A DNA stretch of 48,139 bases from Clostridia bacterium (GTDB lineage Bacteria > Bacillota > Clostridia > Christensenellales > UBA1242), in assembly GCA_045614835.1 (NCBI GenBank), contig JAZLDP010000004.1, forward strand, positions 1-48,139, read 5' to 3'. The position numbers and the translations under genes were made by a program. Positions 35,020-44,103 of the stretch are shown in pieces. The stretch's first letter is position 1; each line of letters opens with the position of its first letter. Under the pieces are notes generated by a model. That model was not told where the DNA came from. It did no database searches and saw only the letters and a list, made by a program, of their open reading frames with translations.

Positions 35020-35405
35020 CGCCGATTCTCCAATAATGGCTCTATTTCTTTATAACTTGATGTCATAACTCTATCAAATTGCCAAGAATTATTTTTAAAC
35101 TTATAAACAGCTTTTATATAATGAATTCTGTTTCCATAAACGTAAAAATAATCAGGTTTTGCTACTTCAAAATAATAAACTAAAGTATCTTCATTTATTA
35201 ATTCTTGTGTAATAAATTTAAGTTCAATTCCTGATGTTAACCACATATCAAGCATATAGCTTTTGCTTTCTTCTTTAATTTCGCCAATTGTTTTAGTTTC
35301 GTTGTATCTTTTTAGTTTAACTGAATGAAAACAACCAATAATTAAAGTTGTATAAAGAATAAAATTAATTAAAATTAATAAAATTATTTTTAACTTATTT
35401 TTCAT
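35013..35405 (-). CDS. hypothetical membrane-anchored protein
   Basis: 130 aa; N-terminal TM KIILLILINFILYTTLIIGCF. Confidence 0.8.
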   Translation of the reverse strand: MKNKLKIILLILINFILYTTLIIGCFHSVKLKRYNETKTIGEIKEESKSYMLDMWLTSGIELKFITQELINEDTLVYYFEVAKPDYFYVYGNRIHYIKAVYKFKNNSWQFDRVMTSSYKEIEPLLENRRC

Positions 35406-35754
35406 CTTTTGCCTCCAACAATTCAGGGTTTTCGTAAATGTTACCTATGACTTCAATTCCACAATCTAAATTAGATAACATTACTAAATCTTCTAAATCT
35501 TTAATAACTTCAACTTTGTCAAATTCATAATAGCCAAACATTTGTTCTCCACCATAAATATTAACAACATCTCCTACAAAAATTATTTTATCGTATATTT
35601 TCAAACCAAGCATTAGTTCTATTTTATCAAATCTATGCCAACCGACATAATTATCTTCGTGAAACTCAACTTCATTACTAGAAAAATCAATAGAACAAAC
35701 CTTATGCATTGTTCTTTTTTCATAAAACCAAGCTCTAAACTCTATTTCTCTCAT
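35395..35754 (-). CDS. YopX family protein
   Basis: MREIEFRAW... and C-terminal VIGNIYENPELLE are the classic YopX signatures. Confidence 0.85.
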   Translation of the reverse strand: MREIEFRAWFYEKRTMHKVCSIDFSSNEVEFHEDNYVGWHRFDKIELMLGLKIYDKIIFVGDVVNIYGGEQMFGYYEFDKVEVIKDLEDLVMLSNLDCGIEVIGNIYENPELLEAKDEK

Positions 35755-35763
35755 ATTTTTCTC

Positions 35764-36333
35764 CTAACCTGCATAGCAAATAACAACTTGCTTTTCAAAA
35801 TCTATTGTTTTATGAATGTGTGCTAAATTAAACGCTTGCCATTCGTAAAGCCAACCTATTTCAATTCCTTTTTCATCTTTTTTAAACTTATAATTATTTA
35901 AAAAATATATTTTTTGTTCTAAATCTCGTAAAAGTTCAAATAATTTTGTTTTCTTTTCTTTTGTTAATTTATTTAAACCATAATTATCTTCATCGTGTTT
36001 AAAAGTTTCAAACAAACTTTCAAAGTATTTTTTAGCTTTTTGTAAATAAACATTTGCTAAAGTAAAGAAAATATCTTGAGAACAAATAAACATTTCAACA
36101 TCTGCATCTTGAACTAAATCTTCTTTTTCTTTGTAAAGTTCAGTATAAACATCTTTAGTATTATCAAAATATAATTTACCTAAATCAAAAGAATAATCAC
36201 AATTATCTTCAATTTCCATATATTTTTTAAATTCTTCTTTATAATCAAATTTATCTTCTCTAACATATACTTTATTTCTTAATTCTTCTAATTTTTCTTT
36301 ATCAATAATTGCTATATTATGTCTATATCCCAT
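35764..36333 (-). CDS. hypothetical protein
   Basis: 189-aa ORF with an AAGGAGGGG SD. Confidence 0.8.
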   Translation of the reverse strand: MGYRHNIAIIDKEKLEELRNKVYVREDKFDYKEEFKKYMEIEDNCDYSFDLGKLYFDNTKDVYTELYKEKEDLVQDADVEMFICSQDIFFTLANVYLQKAKKYFESLFETFKHDEDNYGLNKLTKEKKTKLFELLRDLEQKIYFLNNYKFKKDEKGIEIGWLYEWQAFNLAHIHKTIDFEKQVVICYAG

Positions 36334-36335
36334 AT

Positions 36336-36956
36336 TTACCCCTCCTTATAAGCATACCCCCAAGATTGAAATGCTCTTCTAATTCTTAATTTAGGGCATT
36401 CATCAACAGGGCAATATCCATCATCACCTAAAATAGAATTATCTACTGCATAAATACAATTATAATTATTACAAGGTTCATAATCTTGAATTACTTGATA
36501 ATTGTTTCTATAAAACTCATTCAACTCTATAGGCTCATCAAATATTTCTAAATTGTCTATGTGCCAACCAAGTAAATCTTTACCATTTGAGTATTCTTTG
36601 ATTTGTTTTGTATTTAAACAAGTTCCATAAAACATATGTCTTAAATCTTCAAGCATATAAATATCAAATCCATCAAATCTTTCAACTTTATTCAAAGTAA
36701 ACTTTGCAACTATTTTGCCATTTCCTATGTAATTATGGTTTGGAGAATAAACGCTATCTTTACCACCATTATCTAAATATGTTTTGTTGTCATTTCTTCC
36801 AACCATTAAAAAAGGTTTTGCTTTAACACAATAAATATAAACATCAACAGGCAAATCACATTTAGGCATTGATTTCCTAATTTCTATTGTTTTTTCTCTG
36901 TTTAAAATCTTTTCAACCCATTCAGGTTTAATGCTAATTATTATACTTTTTTTCAT
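36336..36956 (-). CDS. ASCH (PUA-like) domain protein with a Cys-rich C-terminal extension
   Basis: SIKPEWVEKILNREKTIEIRK is the typical ASCH N-terminal strand-helix; the C-terminus has CNNYNC...CPVDEC. Confidence 0.6.
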   Translation of the reverse strand: MKKSIIISIKPEWVEKILNREKTIEIRKSMPKCDLPVDVYIYCVKAKPFLMVGRNDNKTYLDNGGKDSVYSPNHNYIGNGKIVAKFTLNKVERFDGFDIYMLEDLRHMFYGTCLNTKQIKEYSNGKDLLGWHIDNLEIFDEPIELNEFYRNNYQVIQDYEPCNNYNCIYAVDNSILGDDGYCPVDECPKLRIRRAFQSWGYAYKEG

Positions 36957-37225
36957 CTCTTATCTCCAACGCTTTTTCGTTTTTTCTTTTTTTCTTCTGT
37001 AGAAATGTTTTGATTATAATAAGGACAATTTCCATTAATATGAACAGCAGAACAAGAAGAATATGCTTTAGCTACAATTTCTTTTATTTCTATAGGTATT
37101 TCTTTATCTACAAGTTCTTTTAATGTTTCTATATAACCAATATACTTATCTAACATTCTTGTTCCATCTAATTCACTATGAACAAATATAGCTAATTCTT
37201 GTATTGCTTCTTGCTTTTTATTCAT
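36953..37225 (-). CDS. hypothetical protein
   Basis: 90-aa ORF; overlaps both neighbours. Confidence 0.75.
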   Translation of the reverse strand: MNKKQEAIQELAIFVHSELDGTRMLDKYIGYIETLKELVDKEIPIEIKEIVAKAYSSCSAVHINGNCPYYNQNISTEEKKKKRKSVGDKR

Positions 37226-37394
37226 CTTGTGCCTCCAATTTTTCTAACTTTTCTTTTAATCTTTCAATGGTTTCTTGTATTGCTTTAAGCACTTTATCAT
37301 CTTCTGAACAAATATCTTTTAATCTATCATACATATCTTCATACATTTTAATCTTAACTTTTAATTCTTTAATTTGATATTCTTTAGTTGGCAT
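37218..37394 (-). CDS. small coiled-coil protein (58 aa), missed by the ORF track
   Basis: ATG 37394 preceded by GGAGGTAAAAA; its stop overlaps the next start (GATGAATAA); sequence MPTKEYQIKELKVKIKMYEDMYDRLKDICSEDDKVLKAIQETIERLKEKLEKLEAQDE. Confidence 0.55.
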   Translation of the reverse strand: MPTKEYQIKELKVKIKMYEDMYDRLKDICSEDDKVLKAIQETIERLKEKLEKLEAQDE

Positions 37395-37397
37395 TTT

Positions 37398-37646
37398 TTA
37401 CCTCCATTTTTTATCATTTAGTTTATTAATACTTTTCTTTTTATCTTTAATCCAAGATATATCATCGTTAACTATTTTAAATTTTTTAATATATTTTAAG
37501 TCAGTAGTTGTAAATGCGTATGGTTCTAAATTATTACGATAATTATCTACATAACTTACAGTCTTTAATTCAAAATTAATTTGAGAAACTTCCCACCAAC
37601 TTTTAGCTTTTTTTGATTTTAATTTACAAATTAATAACATCTTCAT
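37398..37646 (-). CDS. hypothetical protein
   Basis: 82-aa ORF with a GAGGTAG SD. Confidence 0.7.
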   Translation of the reverse strand: MKMLLICKLKSKKAKSWWEVSQINFELKTVSYVDNYRNNLEPYAFTTTDLKYIKKFKIVNDDISWIKDKKKSINKLNDKKWR

Positions 37647-37974
37647 CTACCTCGATTTCTGCTTCTAGGTGGAAGTGTAGTTTTTTAATTTCATCTTTTG
37701 CTGATTCTATTAAATCATATAAATCAAAATCAATTATAATAGGTTGAAAATTTTTCGGCTTTTCTATTTGAATAACTAAACAGTGTTCTTTTTCATCCGA
37801 CCATTTATCACGCAGAAAAACTACTTTTTGATTTTTTATTTTTTTAAATTCATTCCAATTAAATCTTAAATCATACATTTTCCCTTTAAATAAAATCTCA
37901 TCTGGAAATGTTGACACTATTAATATATTAGTTCCGCCCATAATATAACCATTAGTTAGTTTTTTTAATTTCAT
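37624..37974 (-). CDS. hypothetical protein
   Basis: 116-aa ORF with an AAAGGAGAG SD. Confidence 0.8.
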   Translation of the reverse strand: MKLKKLTNGYIMGGTNILIVSTFPDEILFKGKMYDLRFNWNEFKKIKNQKVVFLRDKWSDEKEHCLVIQIEKPKNFQPIIIDFDLYDLIESAKDEIKKLHFHLEAEIEVDEDVINL

Positions 37975-38038
37975 CTTTCTCTCCTTTCAACCACCAAGTT
38001 TTTTGGTAGTCTTTAAGTTCTATATTTTTTGTGTAATA

Positions 38039-38338
38039 TTATAACGTTCCAACAATATATTTTTTTGGAATGAAATTACCAAACCACTTATTTCCAATAC
38101 TTTTATATATGCTTGATATTGAGCCAACAACTGTTTCATCTCTTATTTTGTATTCAACAATATTGTCATCACTCATACCTTTAAACACTACTTCCAAAGA
38201 GCAACCTAGTTCTTGTTCTAGGTCTTCTAGTTTACCTAGTTTTTGAACAACATTATAGTCTGCTTCACTATCAAACATAATTGTATTTGCTTCTCTATGA
38301 TAATATTCACCATTAAATTTCTTTGTTAATCTACTCAC
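38039..38338 (-). CDS. hypothetical protein
   Basis: 99-aa ORF; GTG start with GGGAGG 6 nt upstream. Confidence 0.75.
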   Translation of the reverse strand: MSRLTKKFNGEYYHREANTIMFDSEADYNVVQKLGKLEDLEQELGCSLEVVFKGMSDDNIVEYKIRDETVVGSISSIYKSIGNKWFGNFIPKKYIVGTL

Positions 38339-38672
38339 ATTCTACCTCCCTTAAGATTTCTTCAAAGTTATAATTTCTATATGGTATTTCTTTATTTTTT
38401 TGTTTATAGATTGTTTTAATTGCTTCTACACAATCTTTACACTCAACCATATATTTACCATCACACTCATCACAAATTCGCATATAGCCACAACAAAAAG
38501 TTCCGTGTAAATGACCTTTTTCCAACCATTGCTCTATACACCATTTTCTAAATGCATTAGTCCATTTTCTTTTTTCTCCTGGTGAAATATAGTTAGGATT
38601 GTCTTCTAAACTATATATATTAAATAAACGCTCCTTAGTTATTTTCATCTTTTTGTCGTTATTCATAATCAT
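38331..38672 (-). CDS. hypothetical Cys-rich protein
   Basis: 113 aa; CCGYMRICDECDGKYMVECKDC cluster. Confidence 0.8.
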   Translation of the reverse strand: MIMNNDKKMKITKERLFNIYSLEDNPNYISPGEKRKWTNAFRKWCIEQWLEKGHLHGTFCCGYMRICDECDGKYMVECKDCVEAIKTIYKQKNKEIPYRNYNFEEILREVECE

Positions 38673-38887
38673 TAATTTCCTCTTTGTTCATCTAAAATCA
38701 TATCAGCGTATTCAGTAGTATCTTCAATTCTTTCGCTATTGATTACTTCACCCTCAACAGTATCAATATCACTATCTTCTTTTAAAACTTCTTTTTCTGC
38801 TAATCTAACAGCTTCTTCACCATTATCAGCAAATATTTCAACTCTTTTTGTTCCAGAAAAATAAACATCTATATAGTATTTTTTCAT
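38672..38887 (-). CDS. hypothetical protein
   Basis: 71-aa ORF with an AAGGTGGTG SD. Confidence 0.75.
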   Translation of the reverse strand: MKKYYIDVYFSGTKRVEIFADNGEEAVRLAEKEVLKEDSDIDTVEGEVINSERIEDTTEYADMILDEQRGN

Positions 38888-38902
38888 ATTATTTTCACCA
38901 CC

Positions 38903-39175
38903 TTATTCTTCTGAATAACTAAAGCTCAATATATTAGTTAACTTTAAAATTAAATTTTCTAATCCTATTTTAACCAAAGCGTTAAACTTAATTTTATCTT
39001 CGCTTTTAGCATCAATCAATGATTCTCTAATAGCATACGCAAAGTTAGGGAATTCTAAAACATCTTCATCTTTTAAATAACATTTAATTAAATGCTCAAT
39101 AGCATCAAATCCATCTTCATCATATAACTCTTTTAATGTGTATTTAATAAATTCAAAAGTTTCTTTTGCATCCAT
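38903..39175 (-). CDS. hypothetical protein
   Basis: 90-aa ORF. Confidence 0.75.
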   Translation of the reverse strand: MDAKETFEFIKYTLKELYDEDGFDAIEHLIKCYLKDEDVLEFPNFAYAIRESLIDAKSEDKIKFNALVKIGLENLILKLTNILSFSYSEE

Positions 39176-39178
39176 ATT

Positions 39179-39538
39179 TTATTTTTTCACTCCTTTTACC
39201 CACTCTTTAAAATGTTTTAAAGATTTAATTTTAATAATTTCTTTTTGATATTTTTTAGCAAACATTTTTTCTTTTATTTTAAACACAGGCGTTTCCATAC
39301 CTTTAGCATCAATAATGTATTCATTGTCATCAATAAATAATTTAAAATCAGCAATGTAATGAATAGCTCTGTATGTCTTTCCGTTAAGTTTAAAACTTTC
39401 TTGTAATAAATATTTAGGTTGTAATTCAAATTTTAATTCATTAAAAACCATTTCAGTATAAATATTATATTCTAATTTTGAATCAAACTTAATTCCATCA
39501 GCACTAACTATCTTGTTTTTGTATTTGTATCGATTCAT
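39179..39538 (-). CDS. DUF1064-type protein (endonuclease-fold family common in Firmicutes phages)
   Basis: YKYKNKIVSADGIKFDSKLEYNIYTE ... YIADFKLF ... IIDAKG matches the DUF1064 pattern. Confidence 0.7.
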   Translation of the reverse strand: MNRYKYKNKIVSADGIKFDSKLEYNIYTEMVFNELKFELQPKYLLQESFKLNGKTYRAIHYIADFKLFIDDNEYIIDAKGMETPVFKIKEKMFAKKYQKEIIKIKSLKHFKEWVKGVKK

Positions 39539-39809
39539 TTAATAATTTTTTCATCCCTTCTATGTAATAATCATAAAACTTATAAACCATTTTTTGAAAT
39601 TGTTTAAACGTTACATCTTTGTAAAAACTACCCATAAAAAAACCATTTTCATCCGTAATTTCTTGATTTCTTTCTACATAAAAATTAACACCGCAAATCG
39701 TAAAAGGATAACCCTTTCTTTTTTCGACCTCAAAATCCTTTTTATATCTTATAAATTCAACTTTTTTGTTTCCTTTAACAAATCTTCTATAAAAATCATT
39801 TTTATTCAT
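39504..39809 (-). CDS. hypothetical protein
   Basis: start trimmed to ATG 39809 (GGAGGAA SD); the track ORF begins at TTG 39824. Confidence 0.75.
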   Translation of the reverse strand: MNKNDFYRRFVKGNKKVEFIRYKKDFEVEKRKGYPFTICGVNFYVERNQEITDENGFFMGSFYKDVTFKQFQKMVYKFYDYYIEGMKKLLNESIQIQKQDS

Positions 39810-40581
39810 ATTCGTTTCCTCCAAATATTTTCATAGCCTCATCAATAGCCTCATCAATTTCAGTATTAGATAGAGTATTTTCGGACAATTTTCTATCATT
39901 AAGCTTCTCATCTAAATCTTTCAAGTAATCATCATACCAACTAGGTAATTTAGCTTGTTTTTTTGTGTTTAAATTTCCCTTAGTTCTCTCCCAAGTTCTT
40001 ACACAAGCTTTCCAATCTTTCATAGAGTTTTTACCAACTTTCCAACCTTTAGATTCGTAGAAATCAAAAAACATATTAGCATCTACATTATTGTTTCTTT
40101 CTTTACAATAATCTCGTATTTCTTCTATTGTAGGTTTTTTAAACCTATTATCTTTCTCTTTCTCTATATCTTTCTCTTTCTCTATAGGACATTGTCCACT
40201 TTTGTCCTCTAATTGTCCTCTTTGCTTTCTTTTAACCTCTGCCCATCCCGTTTCAGAACCAATCATTTTTTCTACTTGCCTCATAAAAATAGTTCCATCA
40301 TCTAATACTTCCATCATTTTTAATTGAGAAAATACTTTTACAGCACTTCTTACAATATCGATATTAGTTCGGGTAATTGTTGCTAGCATTTCATCGTTGT
40401 AAGGTATTTCATCACTAAATCTTAAACAACCCTCGTGAGAAATGCTTTCACATAAAAGTTTTAAATAAAATAAAATGTAATCTTTACCATTAGGCATTGA
40501 TTCTACTATCTCTATATCGTGAGATTTAAAAAAATTCTTATCTAATTTTAACCAAAAATATTTTTTGTTTTTATTTGACAT
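39802..40581 (-). CDS. phage replisome organizer (N-terminal replisome-organizer domain plus DnaD-like C-terminal domain)
   Basis: Start trimmed to ATG 40581 (SD AAGGAG). YFWLKLDKNFFKSHDIEIVESMPNGKDYILFYLKLL and IEEIRDYCKERNNNVDANMFFDFYESKGWKVGKNSMKDWKACVRTWE are typical of this family. Confidence 0.75.
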   Translation of the reverse strand: MSNKNKKYFWLKLDKNFFKSHDIEIVESMPNGKDYILFYLKLLCESISHEGCLRFSDEIPYNDEMLATITRTNIDIVRSAVKVFSQLKMMEVLDDGTIFMRQVEKMIGSETGWAEVKRKQRGQLEDKSGQCPIEKEKDIEKEKDNRFKKPTIEEIRDYCKERNNNVDANMFFDFYESKGWKVGKNSMKDWKACVRTWERTKGNLNTKKQAKLPSWYDDYLKDLDEKLNDRKLSENTLSNTEIDEAIDEAMKIFGGNEYE

Positions 40582-40601
40582 ATTACACTCCTTCTTTGTC
40601 T

Positions 40602-40660
40602 TAATAAAACTAAAACCACCATACTTTAGGTTAATGCAGTAACCCTTATATATGGTGGTT
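40602..40660 (-). terminator. long hairpin plus U-run just upstream of the replisome-organizer SD (attenuator-like or ori element)
   Basis: AACCACCATA (40614-40623) and TATGGTGGTT (40651-40660) form perfect 10-bp arms, with an inner GGTTA/TAACC pairing. On the minus strand the hairpin is followed by TTTAGTTTTATT. Confidence 0.35.
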
Positions 40661-40663
40661 GAT

Positions 40664-40728
40664 AATTGGTAGTATTTATTTTTTTGCTTTTCTACCAAGT
40701 ATTGTAGTATCTGCATATACTACCAATT
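40664..40728. repeat. 12-bp perfect inverted repeat AATTGGTAGTAT / ATACTACCAATT enclosing further GTAGTAT-type copies
   Basis: arms at 40664-40675 and 40717-40728; internal CTACCAAGTATTGTAGTAT. Confidence 0.85.
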
Positions 40729-40772
40729 ATTCAGTTTTAGTTTTTGCAAGGTAGCTACTCCTCACACTCATT

Positions 40773-40801
40773 ATTATACATTATTGCTTTTACAAAGTCA
40801 A
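40773..40801 (-). promoter_or_regulatory. sigma70-type promoter (TTGACT-17-TATAAT)
   Basis: begins 2 nt after the SSB stop codon; -35 at 40796-40801, -10 at 40773-40778. Confidence 0.6.
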
Positions 40802-40803
40802 CA

Positions 40804-41235
40804 TTAAAATGGAAAATCATCATTTTTTATATCAAAAGGAGAATCATTCGCATCAAATTGTCTTACAACTTTGTCTTCTTCTATTGTTCTTCCACCCATA
40901 AAATCTGATGGAGTTTCTTCGATTAAATTAGTAGAGCCAAACGTTTCGCACTTTTCAACCAAAACAAATAAATTATTTTTTTTCGTTCCGTTAGATGATG
41001 TATAGTTTTCTTGGTCTAAATGACCGCAAATCATAATTTTATCTCCTTTTTTAAGATAAGGATAAAATAGTTTTTCAGCTAAACTACCAAAAACTTTAAA
41101 AGGAATAAAAATAGTTTTATTTTTTGCTACAAGAGGATTACAAGCAATTACATTATTAACATAACTTATTTTCCCATCGTTAGAAACCAGCTTAACATCG
41201 TAAACTATTCTTCCAGTAAGCACAACGTTTGTCAT
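40804..41235 (-). CDS. ssb: single-stranded DNA-binding protein
   Basis: 143 aa; N-terminal MTNVVLTGRIV OB-fold start; C-terminal acidic tip DIKNDDFPF. Confidence 0.75.
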   Translation of the reverse strand: MTNVVLTGRIVYDVKLVSNDGKISYVNNVIACNPLVAKNKTIFIPFKVFGSLAEKLFYPYLKKGDKIMICGHLDQENYTSSNGTKKNNLFVLVEKCETFGSTNLIEETPSDFMGGRTIEEDKVVRQFDANDSPFDIKNDDFPF

Positions 41236-41237
41236 AT

Positions 41238-42131
41238 TTAAAATTCTCCATCAAAAACATTGTCTTTTTCGACTTCTTTTTCAGGTTTTGGAGCATCTTT
41301 TTTGACATTTTCAACTAAAGATTGCTCTTGAACAGATTGAGCTACAGGTTCTTCAATAGGGAAAACCTCATTAGGAGTTGTTAACCCATCTTTAAGAGCG
41401 TTGTATATTTTAACTAATTGAGACATTTGATTTTTGCTAAAAGCTTGTCTTTTCATACCAAAATATTTTTCTATTCTTTCAATACTTATTCCAAAATTTT
41501 GTCTTAAAGCTTCAATTCCTCTTGTAATAGTTCCTTGAACATCTGTTTTGCTATTGATAGTTTCGTTACACCATTCTCTAGCTTGCTCAACTAAATCTCT
41601 AGGAATTACGTTTTCTAAACATTTTCTAACTCTTCTAGATGCTTGATTTGCTTCAAGTTCGTAAATATCTCTAGGATTAGTTAAGATTTCATTACCACTT
41701 TTCTTTTCTCTTGTATGAGGAACATTAAACTTAATTTCAGTATAAATGTTATTTTCTAAATCCCACGCAAATGCTTTACATAAAGATGTATGATTTTCTT
41801 CATCTCTATATAAAACATCATAACCGCTTTGAATATTACCATAGCATTGAGCTACTACCTCTAGTAATTTGATGCTTGGACCTACTACCTTTGTGTTTCC
41901 TCTTGGAAATTCATACTCTGCAATTTCTGCTAAACTTTTTCTTTCGCAACTTGCTTGCAGTTTTCTTTCTACATCCACAATACTTCTGTTAAATTGTTTT
42001 GCCATAACGACTCTAGCTTGCACTTCAGCCATTTCTCTAGTCATTTCGCTTGCTTGAATCACATTATTTGTTCCAAATTGGCTGTTAGCCTCTTGTAAAT
42101 TGTTTGCTTGTCTTGCTAATTGATTATTCAT
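41238..42131 (-). CDS. single-strand annealing protein (RecT/Redbeta-like recombinase, by context)
   Basis: Start trimmed to ATG 42131 (AAGGAG 9 nt upstream); the track ORF starts at ATG 42155 with a weak SD. Sits between the YqaJ-like exonuclease / DUF1351-like gene and SSB. Confidence 0.5.
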   Translation of the reverse strand: MNNQLARQANNLQEANSQFGTNNVIQASEMTREMAEVQARVVMAKQFNRSIVDVERKLQASCERKSLAEIAEYEFPRGNTKVVGPSIKLLEVVAQCYGNIQSGYDVLYRDEENHTSLCKAFAWDLENNIYTEIKFNVPHTREKKSGNEILTNPRDIYELEANQASRRVRKCLENVIPRDLVEQAREWCNETINSKTDVQGTITRGIEALRQNFGISIERIEKYFGMKRQAFSKNQMSQLVKIYNALKDGLTTPNEVFPIEEPVAQSVQEQSLVENVKKDAPKPEKEVEKDNVFDGEF

Positions 42132-42459
42132 CTTTCTTTTCTCCTTCTTCTTCATTATCTTCTTTTAATTCAAGTAAGTTTTTAAAATATTCATATTCTT
42201 CTTCTTTGCCATACCCATTATAAACAGTTAACATTCCAAATTCAATTTCCTCCATATCATCATAAGAGTCTCTTCGTATTTTAGGATTCCATTTTTCTTT
42301 TAATTTGTTAACCAATTCATAGTATTTATTTTTCCAAAATTCTATATTTTCATCTTGACATTTTTCTAAATCTTCATACATTGATAATTGCTTTTTTAAA
42401 TCTTCATTTTCTTCTTTTAACTTAAGTAATTCTTCAACTACATATTCATCAGCTCTCAT
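42124..42459 (-). CDS. hypothetical acidic coiled-coil protein
   Basis: 111-aa ORF with a TAGGAGG SD. Confidence 0.8.
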   Translation of the reverse strand: MRADEYVVEELLKLKEENEDLKKQLSMYEDLEKCQDENIEFWKNKYYELVNKLKEKWNPKIRRDSYDDMEEIEFGMLTVYNGYGKEEEYEYFKNLLELKEDNEEEGEKKDE

Positions 42460-42461
42460 TA

Positions 42462-43214
42462 TTACGATAACCTCCTATATTGATATTTATTAGATTTTAA
42501 AAAGTTTGACAAATCTTTAATTTGTTCTTTAGTTCCTTCAACCTCAAAACTTAATTTAAAAGTTTCTTTACTTTCGTTAATTTCGGGTTTTACGCTTGAA
42601 ATTTGCTCTCTAATGCGTTTTTCATTGTTAAACGCCTCAATAGTTCCTTTAATATCTAAAGTCGTTAAATACTTAGATTTTAGATTCGCAAAATCTTCAT
42701 CACTTCCGTTTGAAATAGTTTCAATAACCTTAACACACTCATCTATTTCAGATAACAATTTTTGAATATCGTTTAATATGTCAGATTTTGAGTATGTTTT
42801 ATTTAACCATTTTTCGTTCCAAATTTTATCTAAAGGAATTTCACTTTTTAATTGTTCGTATTCCTCGACAATTTCATTTTTCTTTTTAATTTTTCTTTGT
42901 TCTTCAAAATCCCTTAATTGAGCATCAATTTTGCCATTAACTGTATCAACCATAAGCATTAAATCTTTTACTTGATTTTCAAACTCTTTATAAGGTTCTA
43001 AATAAAGGTTTTTAATCTCTATCTTTCTATCGTTCATTGCCTTAATAACGTTGTTAAGTTTTGAGCGTATAGCTTTATATTTTGGAAGCTCATCTTCTGT
43101 TACAACTAAATTGTCATATTGAACTAATTGCCTTTCTAACTCCGCTTTTAATTCAATGTAATTAAAATTAATTTCACCTTTTTTACAAGTATCAATTTGA
43201 AATTCTAAACTCAT
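42462..43214 (-). CDS. DUF1351-like protein
   Basis: 250 aa; INFNYIELKAELERQLVQYDNLVVTEDELPKYKAIRSKLNNVIKAMNDRKIEIK resembles DUF1351 proteins that accompany RecT in Firmicutes phages. Confidence 0.45.
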   Translation of the reverse strand: MSLEFQIDTCKKGEINFNYIELKAELERQLVQYDNLVVTEDELPKYKAIRSKLNNVIKAMNDRKIEIKNLYLEPYKEFENQVKDLMLMVDTVNGKIDAQLRDFEEQRKIKKKNEIVEEYEQLKSEIPLDKIWNEKWLNKTYSKSDILNDIQKLLSEIDECVKVIETISNGSDEDFANLKSKYLTTLDIKGTIEAFNNEKRIREQISSVKPEINESKETFKLSFEVEGTKEQIKDLSNFLKSNKYQYRRLS

Positions 43215-43228
43215 TTTATCACTCCTCC

Positions 43229-43903
43229 TTATAAGTTTATTATTAATGGTGGTTCTTTTTTATTTTCCACCATACTCCAAAATTCATCTTCTTTTTGTTC
43301 TAAAAATGCTAAATCATTTAATTTATCTTTTTTCAAAAAACAAAAAGTTTTAATAACAGAGCAATCTTTAAACGTAAGCTCTGCGTTTATTATGACAAAA
43401 TCATAATCAGTAACAAGTAAATAATGTAAAACTTGAACAAAGTAACTCATAGGTATTGTTGTTTTCCATTCATTAGAATTAGGTAGGTATCTTGTTTTGC
43501 CCTCATATATACCTTTCATTCCTTTTTTTAAAGGCGTGTATATATGGTCACTACCTAAAAACTCAAAGTCTTTTAATACCTCTATTTCTCCATCTAAACT
43601 TGCTCTTAAATAATTTTTGTCATTTCTGACCAAAACATCATCACTTGTTGTTACTTGAAAAGTTCCTATAAACTTTGCTTGAAATAAATCTCTCAATGGT
43701 TTCTCGGCGTTCTTGCCATATTCGACAAACTCATTAGAATCTTCACATTTTTTTTGAATCAAACCGCATTTTTCTTTATATAAATCCAAATTAGTTTTCC
43801 AATTAGAAAATCCTAATATAATTGGTGCATCGCTACCACCTATGCCTTTTTGTCTTAATTTTAACCATTCTTCATAATTTTCGTAAGGAATTCTCGTAAA
43901 CAT
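43229..43903 (-). CDS. YqaJ-like viral recombinase exonuclease
   Basis: WLKLRQKGIGGSDAPIILG is the hallmark YqaJ N-terminal motif. Confidence 0.8.
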   Translation of the reverse strand: MFTRIPYENYEEWLKLRQKGIGGSDAPIILGFSNWKTNLDLYKEKCGLIQKKCEDSNEFVEYGKNAEKPLRDLFQAKFIGTFQVTTSDDVLVRNDKNYLRASLDGEIEVLKDFEFLGSDHIYTPLKKGMKGIYEGKTRYLPNSNEWKTTIPMSYFVQVLHYLLVTDYDFVIINAELTFKDCSVIKTFCFLKKDKLNDLAFLEQKEDEFWSMVENKKEPPLIINL

Positions 43904-44103
43904 TATCTGAAAAACTCTCCAATTTCAACGTTAAATTTTTGGCATATTAAACTTAACTCATCAAAAGTGAAGGATGTTTTCCCATTAAGTTTATTATTTA
44001 AGGATTGTCTTGTTATATTCAACTCTTTAGCGAAATCTTCTTGTTTTATTTCGTTAATTATTAAATAAGATTTTACCTTTAAGCCAATGCTTTTTTTACT
44101 CAT
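43903..44103 (-). CDS. XRE-family HTH transcriptional regulator (Cro/Aca-like)
   Basis: 66 aa; IKQEDFAKELNITRQSLNNKLNGKTSFTFDEL. Confidence 0.75.
   Translation of the reverse strand: MSKKSIGLKVKSYLIINEIKQEDFAKELNITRQSLNNKLNGKTSFTFDELSLICQKFNVEIGEFFR

Noticed and set aside
40582-40716. N-terminal extensions of track ORFs: 39802..40716, 11256..11765, 32540..33073, 39504..39824, 41238..42155, 26217..27071, 31548..31976 and 29361..31031.
   Set aside because: The extended starts are TTG/GTG or SD-less ATG codons that run over terminators, promoters or upstream gene ends. In-frame starts with good SD boxes lie downstream, and coordinates were trimmed accordingly.
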